NCBI GenBank assembly: GCA_966210435.1
Contig: CBIHLF010000024.1
Location: forward strand, 8,166-72,165
DNA from: an uncultured Pseudomonas sp.
GTDB lineage: Bacteria > Pseudomonadota > Gammaproteobacteria > Pseudomonadales > Pseudomonadaceae
DNA length: 64,000 bases
Direction: 5' to 3'
Positions 46,948-55,913 of the stretch are shown one piece after another. The position numbers and the translations under genes are program-made. The notes under the pieces were generated by a model that did no database searches, was not told the DNA's origin, and saw only the letters and a program-made list of their open reading frames with translations. Numbering within the stretch: the first letter of the stretch is position 1; each line of letters starts with the position of its first letter.

Positions 46948-47234
46948 ACAAGGGTCTGCGCAGTCGAAGGAATGCTGCAGTGACGTAGCCCGGCGCGCTG
47001 GTGTCACGCCTGATCTACCGTTCGGCAGGTTTCCAATGAATCGTCGCAAGAAGTTCCCGTTACTGGAGGTTTCCGCAAAAACTCCAGAGTTTTCAGCAAG
47101 AAGCTGTCATCGCTCTGCCACTAAATTGAGTCGTTCATGGACGCAGTGCGCAGGTTTTGGCCAGTTTGCAATTGGTCATGCCAGCCAAGCTGCGCTAGAC
47201 CGATAACAATACACTCCACAAGAGGATGGGCGTG

Positions 47235-50200
47235 ATGTTCAAAGCCAGTCACGTCTTGCAGAGCGAGTTCCTTCAGGGGATCTCCGACGCCAAGGCCGCC
47301 GATTTTTTCCCTGTCATCAGTGCTAATTACAGCGTTGACGAGGCAGCCTATCTCACTGAGCTCCTTGAGCTCGCCGATCCCGGTGAAGCCGGCATCGAGG
47401 CTATCCGCCGCGGTGCCCGTACCCTGATTCAGGATGTACGTAGCCGGGACAATGCCGTCGATACCCTCGACGCACTGCTTCGTCAGTACAGCCTCGACAC
47501 CCAGGAAGGGCTGATGCTCATGTGCCTGGCCGAGGCTTTGCTGCGCGTGCCGGACGCCGCCACCGCCGACGCGCTGATCCGCGACAAGCTGAACGCCGCC
47601 GAGTGGGAACGCCACCTCGGCAAGAGCGACAGCGTGCTGGTCAATTTCGCCGCCTGGGGCCTGGTGATGACCGGCAAGGTGGTCGACCCGGAAACCGCCG
47701 ACGGTCGCCCGAAGAACGTCCTCGGCCGTCTGATCCAGCGTTCCGGCGAGCCGGTGATCCGCGCCGCGATGAACCAGGCGATGAAGCTGATGGGCAAGCA
47801 GTTCGTGCTCGGCCGCAACATCGCCGAAGCGCTGAAGAATGGCCGCCCGGAACGCGAAAAGGGCTACACCTATTCCTTCGATATGCTTGGCGAAGCGGCT
47901 CTTACACAAGCTGATGCTGAGAAGTACATGGCCGACTACCGCAAGGCCATCGACACCGTCGGTGCCGAAGGGCAGGTCGGACCGGGGCCTAAGCCGTCGA
48001 TCTCGATCAAGCTGTCCGCACTGCACCCGCGTTACGAAGTGGCCCAGCGCGAGCGCGTATTGACCGAGCTGTTCGCCAACGTGCTGGAACTGGCCGTGCG
48101 GGCGCGCAAGCTGGGCGTGGGCATCTCGGTGGATGCCGAAGAAGCCGATCGCCTCGAGCTGTCGCTGGAGCTCTATGAAAAGCTGATGCGCGATCCGGCC
48201 CTCAAGGGCTGGGGCGAGTTCGGCCTGGTGGTACAGGCGTATTCCAAGCGCTGCCTGCCGGTGCTGGTTTGGCTGACCCTGCTGGGCAAGGAACTCGGCG
48301 AGAAGATGCCGCTGCGCCTGGTCAAGGGCGCCTACTGGGACACCGAGATCAAGCAGTGCCAGGTCCAGGGCCTGGACGGCTACCCGGTATTCACCCGCAA
48401 GGAAGGTACCGATACCTCTTATTTGGCCTGTGCACGCTTCCTGCTGTCGGAGTTCACCCGCGGGGTGATCTACCCGCAGTTCGCCAGCCACAACGCCCAC
48501 ACCGTCAGCTGCATCCTGGCGATCGCCGCCGAGCAGAAGCAGCCGCGCGATTTCGAATTCCAGCGCCTGCACGGCATGGGCGACGCGCTGTACGACACCG
48601 TTCTGGAAAAGCACCGCAAGACAGTACGCATCTATGCCCCGGTCGGCGCGCACAAGGACTTGCTGCCGTATCTGGTGCGCCGCCTGCTGGAAAACGGCGC
48701 GAACTCCTCGTTCGTGCACCAGTTGGTCGACCCGAACACGCCAATCGAGTCGCTGCTCGACCATCCGGTGACCCAGCTGCGTGCTTGCAGAACCCTCGGC
48801 AACGACAAAATTCCTCTCCCACCTGCGCTGTTCGGCAGTGCGCGGAAAAATTCTCAGGGCCTAAACATGAATATTCAGCAGACCTGGGCCGAGCTCGAGC
48901 TCGCCTATAAGCCGCAACTTTCCCGTCAGTGGCAAGCCGCCCCGGTGATCAACGGCGAGAAACTCGCCGGCACCGCGCAGGAAGTACGTTGCCCCTACGA
49001 GCTGAGCAAGGTAGTCGGCAGCGCCCAGTTCGCCACTGCCGCCCAGGCGGCCGAAGCCCTGAACGTACTGCACGCGGCCTGGCCACGCTGGAACGCCACC
49101 GCCATCGACAGCCGCGCGAGCATCTTCGAGCGCCTGGCCGACCTGCTCGAAGCCAACCGCGCCGAGCTGATGGCGCTGTGCACGGTGGAAGCCGGCAAGT
49201 CCATGCAGGACGGTATCGACGAAGTGCGCGAGGCGGTGGATTTCTGCCGTTACTACGCCCAGCAGGCGCGCCTGCGTCTGGGCCGCGAAGAACTGCAAGG
49301 GCCGACCGGCGAGCGCAACGAGCTGTTCCATGAAGGCCGTGGCATTTTCGTCTGCATCAGTCCCTGGAACTTCCCGCTGGCGATCTACCTGGGGCAGATC
49401 ACCGCCGCCCTGGTCGCCGGCAACTGCGTACTGGCCAAGCCAGCCGAGCAGACCAGCCTGATCGCCGCGCGCGCTCTTGAACTGATGTTCGAAGCCGGCC
49501 TGCCGAAGGATGTCATCGCCTTCCTGCCGGGCGACGGCGCCACCCTGGGCGGGGTGTTCTGCCGCGATGCCCGCGTCGCCGGGGTGTGCTTCACCGGCTC
49601 CACCGACACCGCGCGGATCATCAACCGCCAACTGGCCGAGAAGGCCGGCCCGATCGCCGCGCTGATCGCCGAAACCGGCGGGCAGAACGCGATGATCGTC
49701 GACTCCACCGCGCTGCCTGAGCAAGTGGTCAAGGATGCCGTGCAATCGGCCTTCACCAGCGCCGGCCAGCGTTGCTCGGCCCTGCGCGTGCTCTACGTGC
49801 AGAGCGATATCGCAGAACGCGTGCTGGACCTTCTCAAGGGCGCCATGGCCGAGCTGAAGGTCGGCCCGACCCACCTGCGTGAAAGCGATGTCGGCCCGGT
49901 AATCGACGCCGAAGCCAAGGCCGGCCTCGAAGCACACATCGCCCAGCTCAAGGGCGAGGGCAAGCTGATCGCCGAAACCGCTCTGCCGGCCGGCCTGGAT
50001 GGCCACTTCGTCGCCCCGGTGGCATTCGAGATCGCTGGCATCGCCGAGCTGCAGAAAGAGAACTTCGGCCCCATTCTGCACATCGTGCGCTTCGAAGCCC
50101 GCGATCTTGAGCAGGTGGTTGCCGCGATCAACGGTACCGGGTACGGTCTGACCCTCGGCGTACACAGCCGCAACGAAGAAACCGCCGCGCGCATCGAAGC

Positions 50201-50411
50201 ACTGGCGCGGGTCGGCAACCTCTATGTCAACCGCAACCAGATCGGCGCCGTGGTCGGCGTGCAACCGTTCGGCGGCTGCGGCCTGTCCGGCACCGGGCCG
50301 AAAGCCGGTGGTCCGAGCTACCTGCTGCGTTTCGTCAACGAACGCACTACCTCGGTCAACACCACTGCGGTGGGCGGCAACGCCTCGCTGCTGTCGCTGG
50401 GCGACGAGTAA
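47235..50411 (+). CDS. putA: bifunctional proline dehydrogenase / L-glutamate-gamma-semialdehyde dehydrogenase PutA (no RHH DNA-binding domain)
   Basis: Start set to MFKASHVL (ATG 47235, AGAGGA 8 nt upstream). PRODH barrel followed by an ALDH domain (FNFPLAIYLGQITAALVAGN, ETGGQNAMIVD, GQRCSALR). About 1058 aa, the P. aeruginosa type. Confidence 0.95.
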   Translation: MFKASHVLQSEFLQGISDAKAADFFPVISANYSVDEAAYLTELLELADPGEAGIEAIRRGARTLIQDVRSRDNAVDTLDALLRQYSLDTQEGLMLMCLAEALLRVPDAATADALIRDKLNAAEWERHLGKSDSVLVNFAAWGLVMTGKVVDPETADGRPKNVLGRLIQRSGEPVIRAAMNQAMKLMGKQFVLGRNIAEALKNGRPEREKGYTYSFDMLGEAALTQADAEKYMADYRKAIDTVGAEGQVGPGPKPSISIKLSALHPRYEVAQRERVLTELFANVLELAVRARKLGVGISVDAEEADRLELSLELYEKLMRDPALKGWGEFGLVVQAYSKRCLPVLVWLTLLGKELGEKMPLRLVKGAYWDTEIKQCQVQGLDGYPVFTRKEGTDTSYLACARFLLSEFTRGVIYPQFASHNAHTVSCILAIAAEQKQPRDFEFQRLHGMGDALYDTVLEKHRKTVRIYAPVGAHKDLLPYLVRRLLENGANSSFVHQLVDPNTPIESLLDHPVTQLRACRTLGNDKIPLPPALFGSARKNSQGLNMNIQQTWAELELAYKPQLSRQWQAAPVINGEKLAGTAQEVRCPYELSKVVGSAQFATAAQAAEALNVLHAAWPRWNATAIDSRASIFERLADLLEANRAELMALCTVEAGKSMQDGIDEVREAVDFCRYYAQQARLRLGREELQGPTGERNELFHEGRGIFVCISPWNFPLAIYLGQITAALVAGNCVLAKPAEQTSLIAARALELMFEAGLPKDVIAFLPGDGATLGGVFCRDARVAGVCFTGSTDTARIINRQLAEKAGPIAALIAETGGQNAMIVDSTALPEQVVKDAVQSAFTSAGQRCSALRVLYVQSDIAERVLDLLKGAMAELKVGPTHLRESDVGPVIDAEAKAGLEAHIAQLKGEGKLIAETALPAGLDGHFVAPVAFEIAGIAELQKENFGPILHIVRFEARDLEQVVAAINGTGYGLTLGVHSRNEETAARIEALARVGNLYVNRNQIGAVVGVQPFGGCGLSGTGPKAGGPSYLLRFVNERTTSVNTTAVGGNASLLSLGDE

Positions 50412-50421
50412 CAGTTACAAG

Positions 50422-50459
50422 CGGGCAGCGGTCTTCGGACTGCTGCCCGTTGTTGTTTT
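50422..50459 (+). terminator. intrinsic terminator after putA
   Basis: CGGGCAGCGGTC-UUCG-GACUGCUGCCCG: a 12-bp stem with one G-U pair and a UUCG tetraloop, followed by TTGTTGTTTT. It begins 11 nt after the putA stop. Confidence 0.85.
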
Positions 50460-50651
50460 GGGGTGCTTGTCACTCCGAATAGGTAGGGCGGCTTTTCCAG
50501 GATGCGGGTATTGGGCGGGGTCTCAAACGCCGGGTTTCTGGGATGCGGCACTACCGAGATGGAGCGTTCGCCACGCGGACCTGCATCGCCAACATTGGTT
50601 TCGGGTGCGTGCCCGTTGCTTAAATAACAACAAACGAAAGGGGCATCCTCA

Positions 50652-52139
50652 GTGAATGCTAGTACTCCCATGCTTGTCACCTTCGTGGTGTACATTGCAG
50701 CGATGGTGCTGATAGGCCTATTCGCCTACATGCGTACCAAAAATCTTTCCGACTACATCCTCGGCGGCCGCAGTCTCGGCAGCTTCGTTACCGCGCTGTC
50801 CGCTGGCGCCTCTGATATGAGCGGTTGGTTGCTGATGGGCTTGCCCGGCGCCGTGTACATGTCCGGTCTGTCGGAAGCCTGGATTGCCATCGGCCTGATC
50901 GTCGGTGCCTATCTGAATTGGCTGCTGGTTGCCGGCCGTCTGCGTGTGCAGACCGAGCACAACGGCAACGCCCTGACCCTGCCGGACTACTTCACCCACC
51001 GTTTCGAAGATAACAGCCGGGTGCTGCGTATCTTCTCGGCCCTGGTGATTCTGGTGTTCTTCACCATTTACTGTGCTTCGGGCATAGTCGCTGGCGCACG
51101 TCTGTTCGAAAGCACCTTCGGCCTGTCCTACGGCACAGCGCTCTGGGCTGGTGCTGCGGCGACCATCATCTACACCTTTATTGGTGGTTTCCTGGCGGTG
51201 AGCTGGACCGACACCGTACAGGCCACGCTGATGATCTTCGCCCTGATCTTCACCCCCATCGCGGTGCTGATCGCCACTGGTGGCGCGGACACCACATTCG
51301 CCGCCATCGAGCTGCAGGACCCAACCAATTTCGACATGCTCAAGGGCGCTACCTTCATCGGGGTGATCTCGCTGATGGCCTGGGGGCTGGGCTATTTTGG
51401 TCAGCCGCACATCCTGGCGCGTTTCATGGCCGCTGACTCGGCAAAATCGATACCGGCGGCTCGCCGTATTTCCATGACCTGGATGATCCTGACCTTGGTT
51501 GGTGCGGTGACCGTCGGCTTCTTCGGCATCGCCTATTTTTCCGCCAACCCGACGCTTGCCGGCGCCGTAACGGAAAATCCGGAGCGGGTCTTCATCGAAC
51601 TAGCCAAGCTGCTGTTCAACCCGTGGATCGCCGGCATTCTGCTGTCCGCCATTCTCGCTGCGGTAATGAGCACGCTGAGCTGCCAACTGCTGGTGTGTTC
51701 CAGCGCCTTGACCGAAGACTTCTATAAAGCCTTCCTGCGCAAGGATGCCTCGCAAAACGAGCTGGTCTGGGTCGGTCGCGGCATGGTGCTGCTGATCGCT
51801 CTGGTTGCCATCTTCCTGGCTGCTAACCCGGAAAACCGCGTGCTGGGCCTGGTGTCCTATGCCTGGGCTGGGTTCGGTGCTGCCTTCGGTCCCGTGGTAA
51901 TCCTTTCGCTGATCTGGAAGGGCATGACCCGCAACGGCGCGCTGGCCGGCATGCTGATCGGCGCGGTCACCGTAATTCTGTGGAAGAACTTCTTCGGCTG
52001 GACCGGTCTGTACGAAATCATTCCCGGCTTCATCCTGGCCACGATCGGCATTCTGATCTTCAGCCGCGTCGGCAACGCACCGAGCGCCTCGATGATCAAG
52101 CGCTTCGAAGAAGCCGAAAAGGAATACCAAACGGTCTGA
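50652..52139 (+). CDS. putP: sodium/proline symporter
   Basis: GTG start. The N-terminus STPMLVTFVVYIAAMVLIG...DYILGGRSLGSFVTALSAGASDMSGWLLMGLPGAVY is nearly identical to E. coli PutP as I remember it. Confidence 0.95.
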   Translation: MNASTPMLVTFVVYIAAMVLIGLFAYMRTKNLSDYILGGRSLGSFVTALSAGASDMSGWLLMGLPGAVYMSGLSEAWIAIGLIVGAYLNWLLVAGRLRVQTEHNGNALTLPDYFTHRFEDNSRVLRIFSALVILVFFTIYCASGIVAGARLFESTFGLSYGTALWAGAAATIIYTFIGGFLAVSWTDTVQATLMIFALIFTPIAVLIATGGADTTFAAIELQDPTNFDMLKGATFIGVISLMAWGLGYFGQPHILARFMAADSAKSIPAARRISMTWMILTLVGAVTVGFFGIAYFSANPTLAGAVTENPERVFIELAKLLFNPWIAGILLSAILAAVMSTLSCQLLVCSSALTEDFYKAFLRKDASQNELVWVGRGMVLLIALVAIFLAANPENRVLGLVSYAWAGFGAAFGPVVILSLIWKGMTRNGALAGMLIGAVTVILWKNFFGWTGLYEIIPGFILATIGILIFSRVGNAPSASMIKRFEEAEKEYQTV

Positions 52140-52297
52140 TTACCTGGCGTGAACTGCGGTAGCTGGCCAGGTCGGTCGGTTACCGCACATGACTCATTCA
52201 CCCTGCCCGCAGCTGGTCGTCTGAGGGTAGGCATCGCCAGCCGGAATTTATTGCTGATGCCCGGCTGAGCGACTCTCCCACGACCCGATAGGGCTTC

Positions 52298-52336
52298 GCC
52301 GATCCATACCTACGGGTATCGGATCGGCTTTTTTTT
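52298..52336 (+). terminator. intrinsic terminator about 160 nt downstream of putP
   Basis: GCCGATCCATACC-tac-GGGTATCGGATCGGC (13 bp with one bulge), followed by T8. Confidence 0.8.
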
Positions 52337-52403
52337 GCGGCGTATCCATTGCGCGTTGCCTCGGCCAACTGGGCAAGGCTGACATTGCTTGCAGGTAGCA
52401 ATG

Positions 52404-52483
52404 GGTAGGATGCGCCGTGCGCACCGGGAATCGTCGCTGGTTCAAGTTCTCGCGCATGTGCTGGTGCGCGCGGCGCACCCTAT
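52404..52483. repeat. inverted pair of REP units (GGTAGGATGCGCCGTGCGCACC ... GGTGCGCGCGGCGCACCCTAT)
   Basis: Same unit family as at 774 and 1653. The two copies are separated by 37 nt, in the putP / dadA-like convergent spacer. Confidence 0.7.
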
Positions 52484-52570
52484 GGGGTTGGTTCCCGACA
52501 TGTAAGCGCCGATACCAGAACGCACTACCAAGTATCGCCATTCTGCCTGGATGAAACCCACTGAGCCGCT

Positions 52571-53851
52571 TCAGAACCGCTCGACCCGGTACGGCTGCGG
52601 GTCGATGGTCGGCGTGGTCCCGGTCATCAGGTCGACCACCAGTTCCGCGCTGATCGCCGCCTGGGTCAGACCCAGATGTTGATTGCCGAAGGCGAACAGC
52701 AGCCGGGCGTGTTGCGGGTGACGGTCGATCACCGGCAGCGAGTCGGGCAGGGTGGGGCGGTGGCCCATCCACTCGCGGCAGCTCAGCGCTGGATCTGCGA
52801 GCGCCGGGACAAGGGCCTGGCTGTGGTGGCGCAAAGTCTTGAAGCGGCGCGCAATTGGCTTCAGGTGCAGGCCGCCGAGTTCGGTAAAGCCCACCGCGCG
52901 CAGGCCGGAATCCAGCGGGCTGAGGACGAAGCGGCGCTCGGCCGAGCCGATCGGCCGATTCAGGCTGATGGCCGGGCTGTCGATGCTGATGTGATAGCCG
53001 CGCTCGGCTTCCAGCGGCACCTCGATCCCCGTGCCTTGCAGCAGCACCTTGCTCCAGGCGCCGGTACAGATCACCGCCTGATCGAAGCGCAAGGTGGCGC
53101 CCGCGGTCTTCAGCTCTACCTGCTGGGGATCCGCCGAGATGCTTTCGACGGCCTGTTGCACGAACTGGCCGCCACGGGCTTCGAACGCGGCGAATAGCAG
53201 GCGGCAGAGCTGATAGGGTTCGCGTACCTGGCAGGCATCGGGGAAGTACAGCGCATGGCTGAGCGTACCGGCCAGCGCCGGCTCCAGTTGGACCAGGCGT
53301 GTGGCGTCGATCAGCTCGCAACGTACGCCCCATTGCTGCAGATAGCGGGCATGGGCCTTGGCGTCCTCCAGGCGAGCGGCCGATTCCCACACCAGCAGGT
53401 AACCGGAATTGCACAGTTGCTCGCTCGCGCCTATATCGGCCAGGCAGCGCTGCCATGCCGGCAGCGCCGCCCGATTGAGCTGACGCAGCCCTGCACTTGA
53501 GCGCTCGACCTGGCTGGGGCGGGCGGCGGCGATAAAGCGCAGCAGCCAGGGCAAACTGCGGTGCAAGTAGCCCAGCGGCAGCGCCAGGGGGCCATGTGGG
53601 TCGAGCAGCATGGCCAGCGCGCCGCGCAGGGTCTTGCCGCTGGACAGCGGGTCGATCAGCTCGGTGGCCAGGTAGCCGGCATTGCCGAACGAGGCGCCTC
53701 GGCCCGGCGCATCGCGGTCGAGCAGGGTCACCCGGTAACCCTTGCGCTGGGCCTGCAGGGCGGTACACAGGCCGACCACCCCGGCACCGACTACGGCAAC
53801 GCTCTGGACGGCGCTCGTGCCATTGATCGCGGGCGGGGAGGTAGCGGTCAT
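52571..53851 (-). CDS. FAD-dependent oxidoreductase of the D-amino-acid dehydrogenase (DadA/DAO) family (426 aa)
   Basis: Trimmed to MTATSPPAINGTSAVQSVAVVGAGVVGLCTALQAQRKGYRVTLLDR (Rossmann GxGxxG motif). C-terminal FAFGNQHLGLTQAAISAELV is typical of the DAO family. Confidence 0.8.
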   Translation of the reverse strand: MTATSPPAINGTSAVQSVAVVGAGVVGLCTALQAQRKGYRVTLLDRDAPGRGASFGNAGYLATELIDPLSSGKTLRGALAMLLDPHGPLALPLGYLHRSLPWLLRFIAAARPSQVERSSAGLRQLNRAALPAWQRCLADIGASEQLCNSGYLLVWESAARLEDAKAHARYLQQWGVRCELIDATRLVQLEPALAGTLSHALYFPDACQVREPYQLCRLLFAAFEARGGQFVQQAVESISADPQQVELKTAGATLRFDQAVICTGAWSKVLLQGTGIEVPLEAERGYHISIDSPAISLNRPIGSAERRFVLSPLDSGLRAVGFTELGGLHLKPIARRFKTLRHHSQALVPALADPALSCREWMGHRPTLPDSLPVIDRHPQHARLLFAFGNQHLGLTQAAISAELVVDLMTGTTPTIDPQPYRVERF

Positions 53852-53912
53852 GCGCGGGACTCCGAAAGATGAGCGACGGCTGTGCTCATCGTCTTGTATG
53901 GGTGTTCGCTGG

Positions 53913-53941
53913 AATAAAAGAGGCACCCGGGCGGAGTGCCT
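53913..53941 (-). terminator. intrinsic terminator after the OCD-family gene
   Basis: The minus-strand RNA reads AGGCAC-UCCGCCCGG-GUGCCU-CUUUUAUU, 16 nt after the stop at 53957. Confidence 0.5.
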
Positions 53942-53956
53942 AAGCGGTTGCTCTTT

Positions 53957-54913
53957 TCAGCCTTGATTGCGGAACGCGAGAATCGCCGCGGCGAGGTCTT
54001 CGCGCGAGTCGCCAACCGACTTGAACAGGGTCACCGCCTGCTCGGCGTCGGCCAGGGCGGCGCGGCCGGCGTGCTGGCCGCGGCACAGCTCGGTAAGTTC
54101 GGCGAGGATCTTGTCGGCGTCGATCGCCCCTTCGCTGATCGGAATGAGCAGGTCGCCAGTCTCGCTCAGCGCACCGGCGCGGGTATCGACGAACAGCGCA
54201 CAACGCTGCATGGCGGTGTTATCGGTCTCGCGCATGCTCGGGGTGAAACTGCCGACCAGATCGAGGTGCGCGCCGGGCTTGAGCCAGTCGCCGTATATCA
54301 GCGGTTCGCTGGCCATGGTCGCGCAACTGATGATGTCGGCTGTGCCGGCGGCCTCGCGCAAGCCATCGACGCGGCAGACCCGGGCATCGATACCGCAGGC
54401 CGTAAGCTCGGCCACCAACGCCGCCGAAGTCGCCTCGTTGCGATCCCACACCTGAACGGTCTGGATCGGCCGCACGCTCATATGCGCGGGGATCAGCCGG
54501 CGGCTCATGCGTCCGGCACCGACCATCAGCAGGCTGCTGGCATCGGCGCGGGAGAGAAAACGCGAGGCCAGTGCCGAGGCGGCAGCGGTGCGCCGGGCGG
54601 TCAGCTCGTTGCCGTCCAGCAGGGCCAGGGGGCGACCGGTCTTGCCACAGCTGAGCATGTAATGGCTGCTCAACCCCGGCAGGTTGCGCGCATTGTTGCC
54701 GGGGAACACGTTGACCTGCTTGACCCCGAGGTACTCGCCTTCGATCCAGGCGGGCATCAGCAACAGGGTGGCTGCTGGCTCGCCGGGAACCTCGATCGTA
54801 TGGTGGTGGCGGACCGGCGATCGCACATCCTCGCGGGCGAAGATATCTCTCAGCGCGTCGATCAAACTGTCCCACGGCAGGGCGTTTTGTACCTGATCGG
54901 CATTCAGTTGCAT
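53957..54913 (-). CDS. ornithine cyclodeaminase / mu-crystallin family protein (318 aa)
   Basis: Track ORF. OCD-family features: NVFPGN, TARRTAAASALASRFL, LLMVGAGRMS. Confidence 0.8.
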   Translation of the reverse strand: MQLNADQVQNALPWDSLIDALRDIFAREDVRSPVRHHHTIEVPGEPAATLLLMPAWIEGEYLGVKQVNVFPGNNARNLPGLSSHYMLSCGKTGRPLALLDGNELTARRTAAASALASRFLSRADASSLLMVGAGRMSRRLIPAHMSVRPIQTVQVWDRNEATSAALVAELTACGIDARVCRVDGLREAAGTADIISCATMASEPLIYGDWLKPGAHLDLVGSFTPSMRETDNTAMQRCALFVDTRAGALSETGDLLIPISEGAIDADKILAELTELCRGQHAGRAALADAEQAVTLFKSVGDSREDLAAAILAFRNQG

Positions 54914-55037
54914 GGCGGCTTTTCCCGTAGCTAAGGTGCTTTAAATCCTATCCACTCCCTGATCGTTTGCCATTGACCCAGGCGCTGGAGTTATATACTC
55001 AGGCTATGAAATTTCATGCTCCTACCGGAGGCCTGGC

Positions 55038-55841
55038 GTGATCAACAATAGCCAGGCCCGACGCAACCTGATCGCACGGCAGCGCGGCGAACATTGTCAC
55101 GACTACGCGCAGGTGCTGATTGGCTGGCGCGGGCGGATGGACTGCGCGTTCAGCGACAGCGAGGGGCGTTTGGCCAGCGGCATCGCCGCCTTGGTGCCGG
55201 CTTCGGCCAGCCACCTATATGCCGGCCTCAGTGAAGAAAGCGAGCTGTTGGTGATCGACGTGGCGCTGAACGATCCCTATATCGGCGCGCTGGAGCAGGC
55301 CTGCGACCTCAAGTTTAGCGAGACGCTGTTCCAGCGCCCGGAATTCATCACCCTGGATGCCGCCGCGATGCCTTTGCTGGATTTCGCCGCCGGGCAGCTG
55401 CAGCGTGGTGCGCAGCGGGACAGTGCCCTGATCAACTACCAGTTGGTGTCGCTGTTCATGACCCAGCTGGTCCAGCGCTATTCATCGGTTCCAGCGTTAC
55501 CCGCGGATTCGCGATTGGCGCTCGCCGAACTCAATCGACTGATCGACCGGCGTCTCGCCGAGCCACCTTGCAACGGCGACCTGGCCGCGGCGCTGAACCT
55601 CAGCGAAAGCCATTTCAATTTCCTGTTCCAGCGCAGCTTCGCCATGACCCCGCAGCAATACGTGATGGGTCGGCGCATGCAGCGGGCGCAATACCTCTTG
55701 CTCAACAGCGCAATGTCGCTGGCGGCGGTGGCCGATGAGGTCGGCTTTGCCGATGCATCGAGCTTTTCCCGGGCCTACAAGAGTCGTTTCAAGCAGACTC
55801 CCGGCGCCACCCGTAACGCCCGGCAGCTGAACCTGGATTAG
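55038..55841 (+). CDS. AraC-family transcriptional regulator, divergent from the OCD gene (267 aa)
   Basis: GTG start with GGAGG 6 nt upstream. C-terminal HTH LAAALNLSESHFNFLFQRSFAMTPQQYVMGRRMQRAQYLL...FADASSFSRAYKSRFKQTP. Confidence 0.85.
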   Translation: MINNSQARRNLIARQRGEHCHDYAQVLIGWRGRMDCAFSDSEGRLASGIAALVPASASHLYAGLSEESELLVIDVALNDPYIGALEQACDLKFSETLFQRPEFITLDAAAMPLLDFAAGQLQRGAQRDSALINYQLVSLFMTQLVQRYSSVPALPADSRLALAELNRLIDRRLAEPPCNGDLAAALNLSESHFNFLFQRSFAMTPQQYVMGRRMQRAQYLLLNSAMSLAAVADEVGFADASSFSRAYKSRFKQTPGATRNARQLNLD

Positions 55842-55913
55842 CCCGCCATGGGCTCCGAGCCAGCTACTCTGGTGCGTCGATCGTCTGAAAGCATGATCAG
55901 AAAAGCGCCGGAA

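Noticed and set aside
47158-47170. TGGCCAGTTTGCA upstream of putA resembling a sigma-54 (-24/-12) promoter
   Set aside because: The GG and GC elements are only 9 nt apart instead of the required 12 (TGGCAC-N5-TTGCW), so the spacing is incompatible with RpoN binding.
47121-48764. 547-aa ORF antisense to putA (also 48861..50264 minus, 467 aa)
   Set aside because: Long stop-free antisense frames are expected in high-GC DNA. The translation is Arg/Gly/Ala/Gln-rich and low-complexity, with no recognisable domain. The plus strand encodes an unambiguous PutA.
47235-50411. PutA appears truncated (about 1058 aa versus about 1300 aa in E. coli and P. putida): possible pseudogene or fragment?
   Set aside because: The ORF is uninterrupted, with both catalytic domains intact. 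The short form lacking the RHH DNA-binding domain and C-terminal domain is the normal P. aeruginosa type, which is regulated in trans by PruR.
52248-53768. 506-aa minus-strand ORF in an alternative frame of the dadA-like gene
   Set aside because: Extremely Arg/Pro/Ala/Gly-rich with no motifs. The 52571..53851 frame has the Rossmann GxGxxG start and DAO-family motifs.
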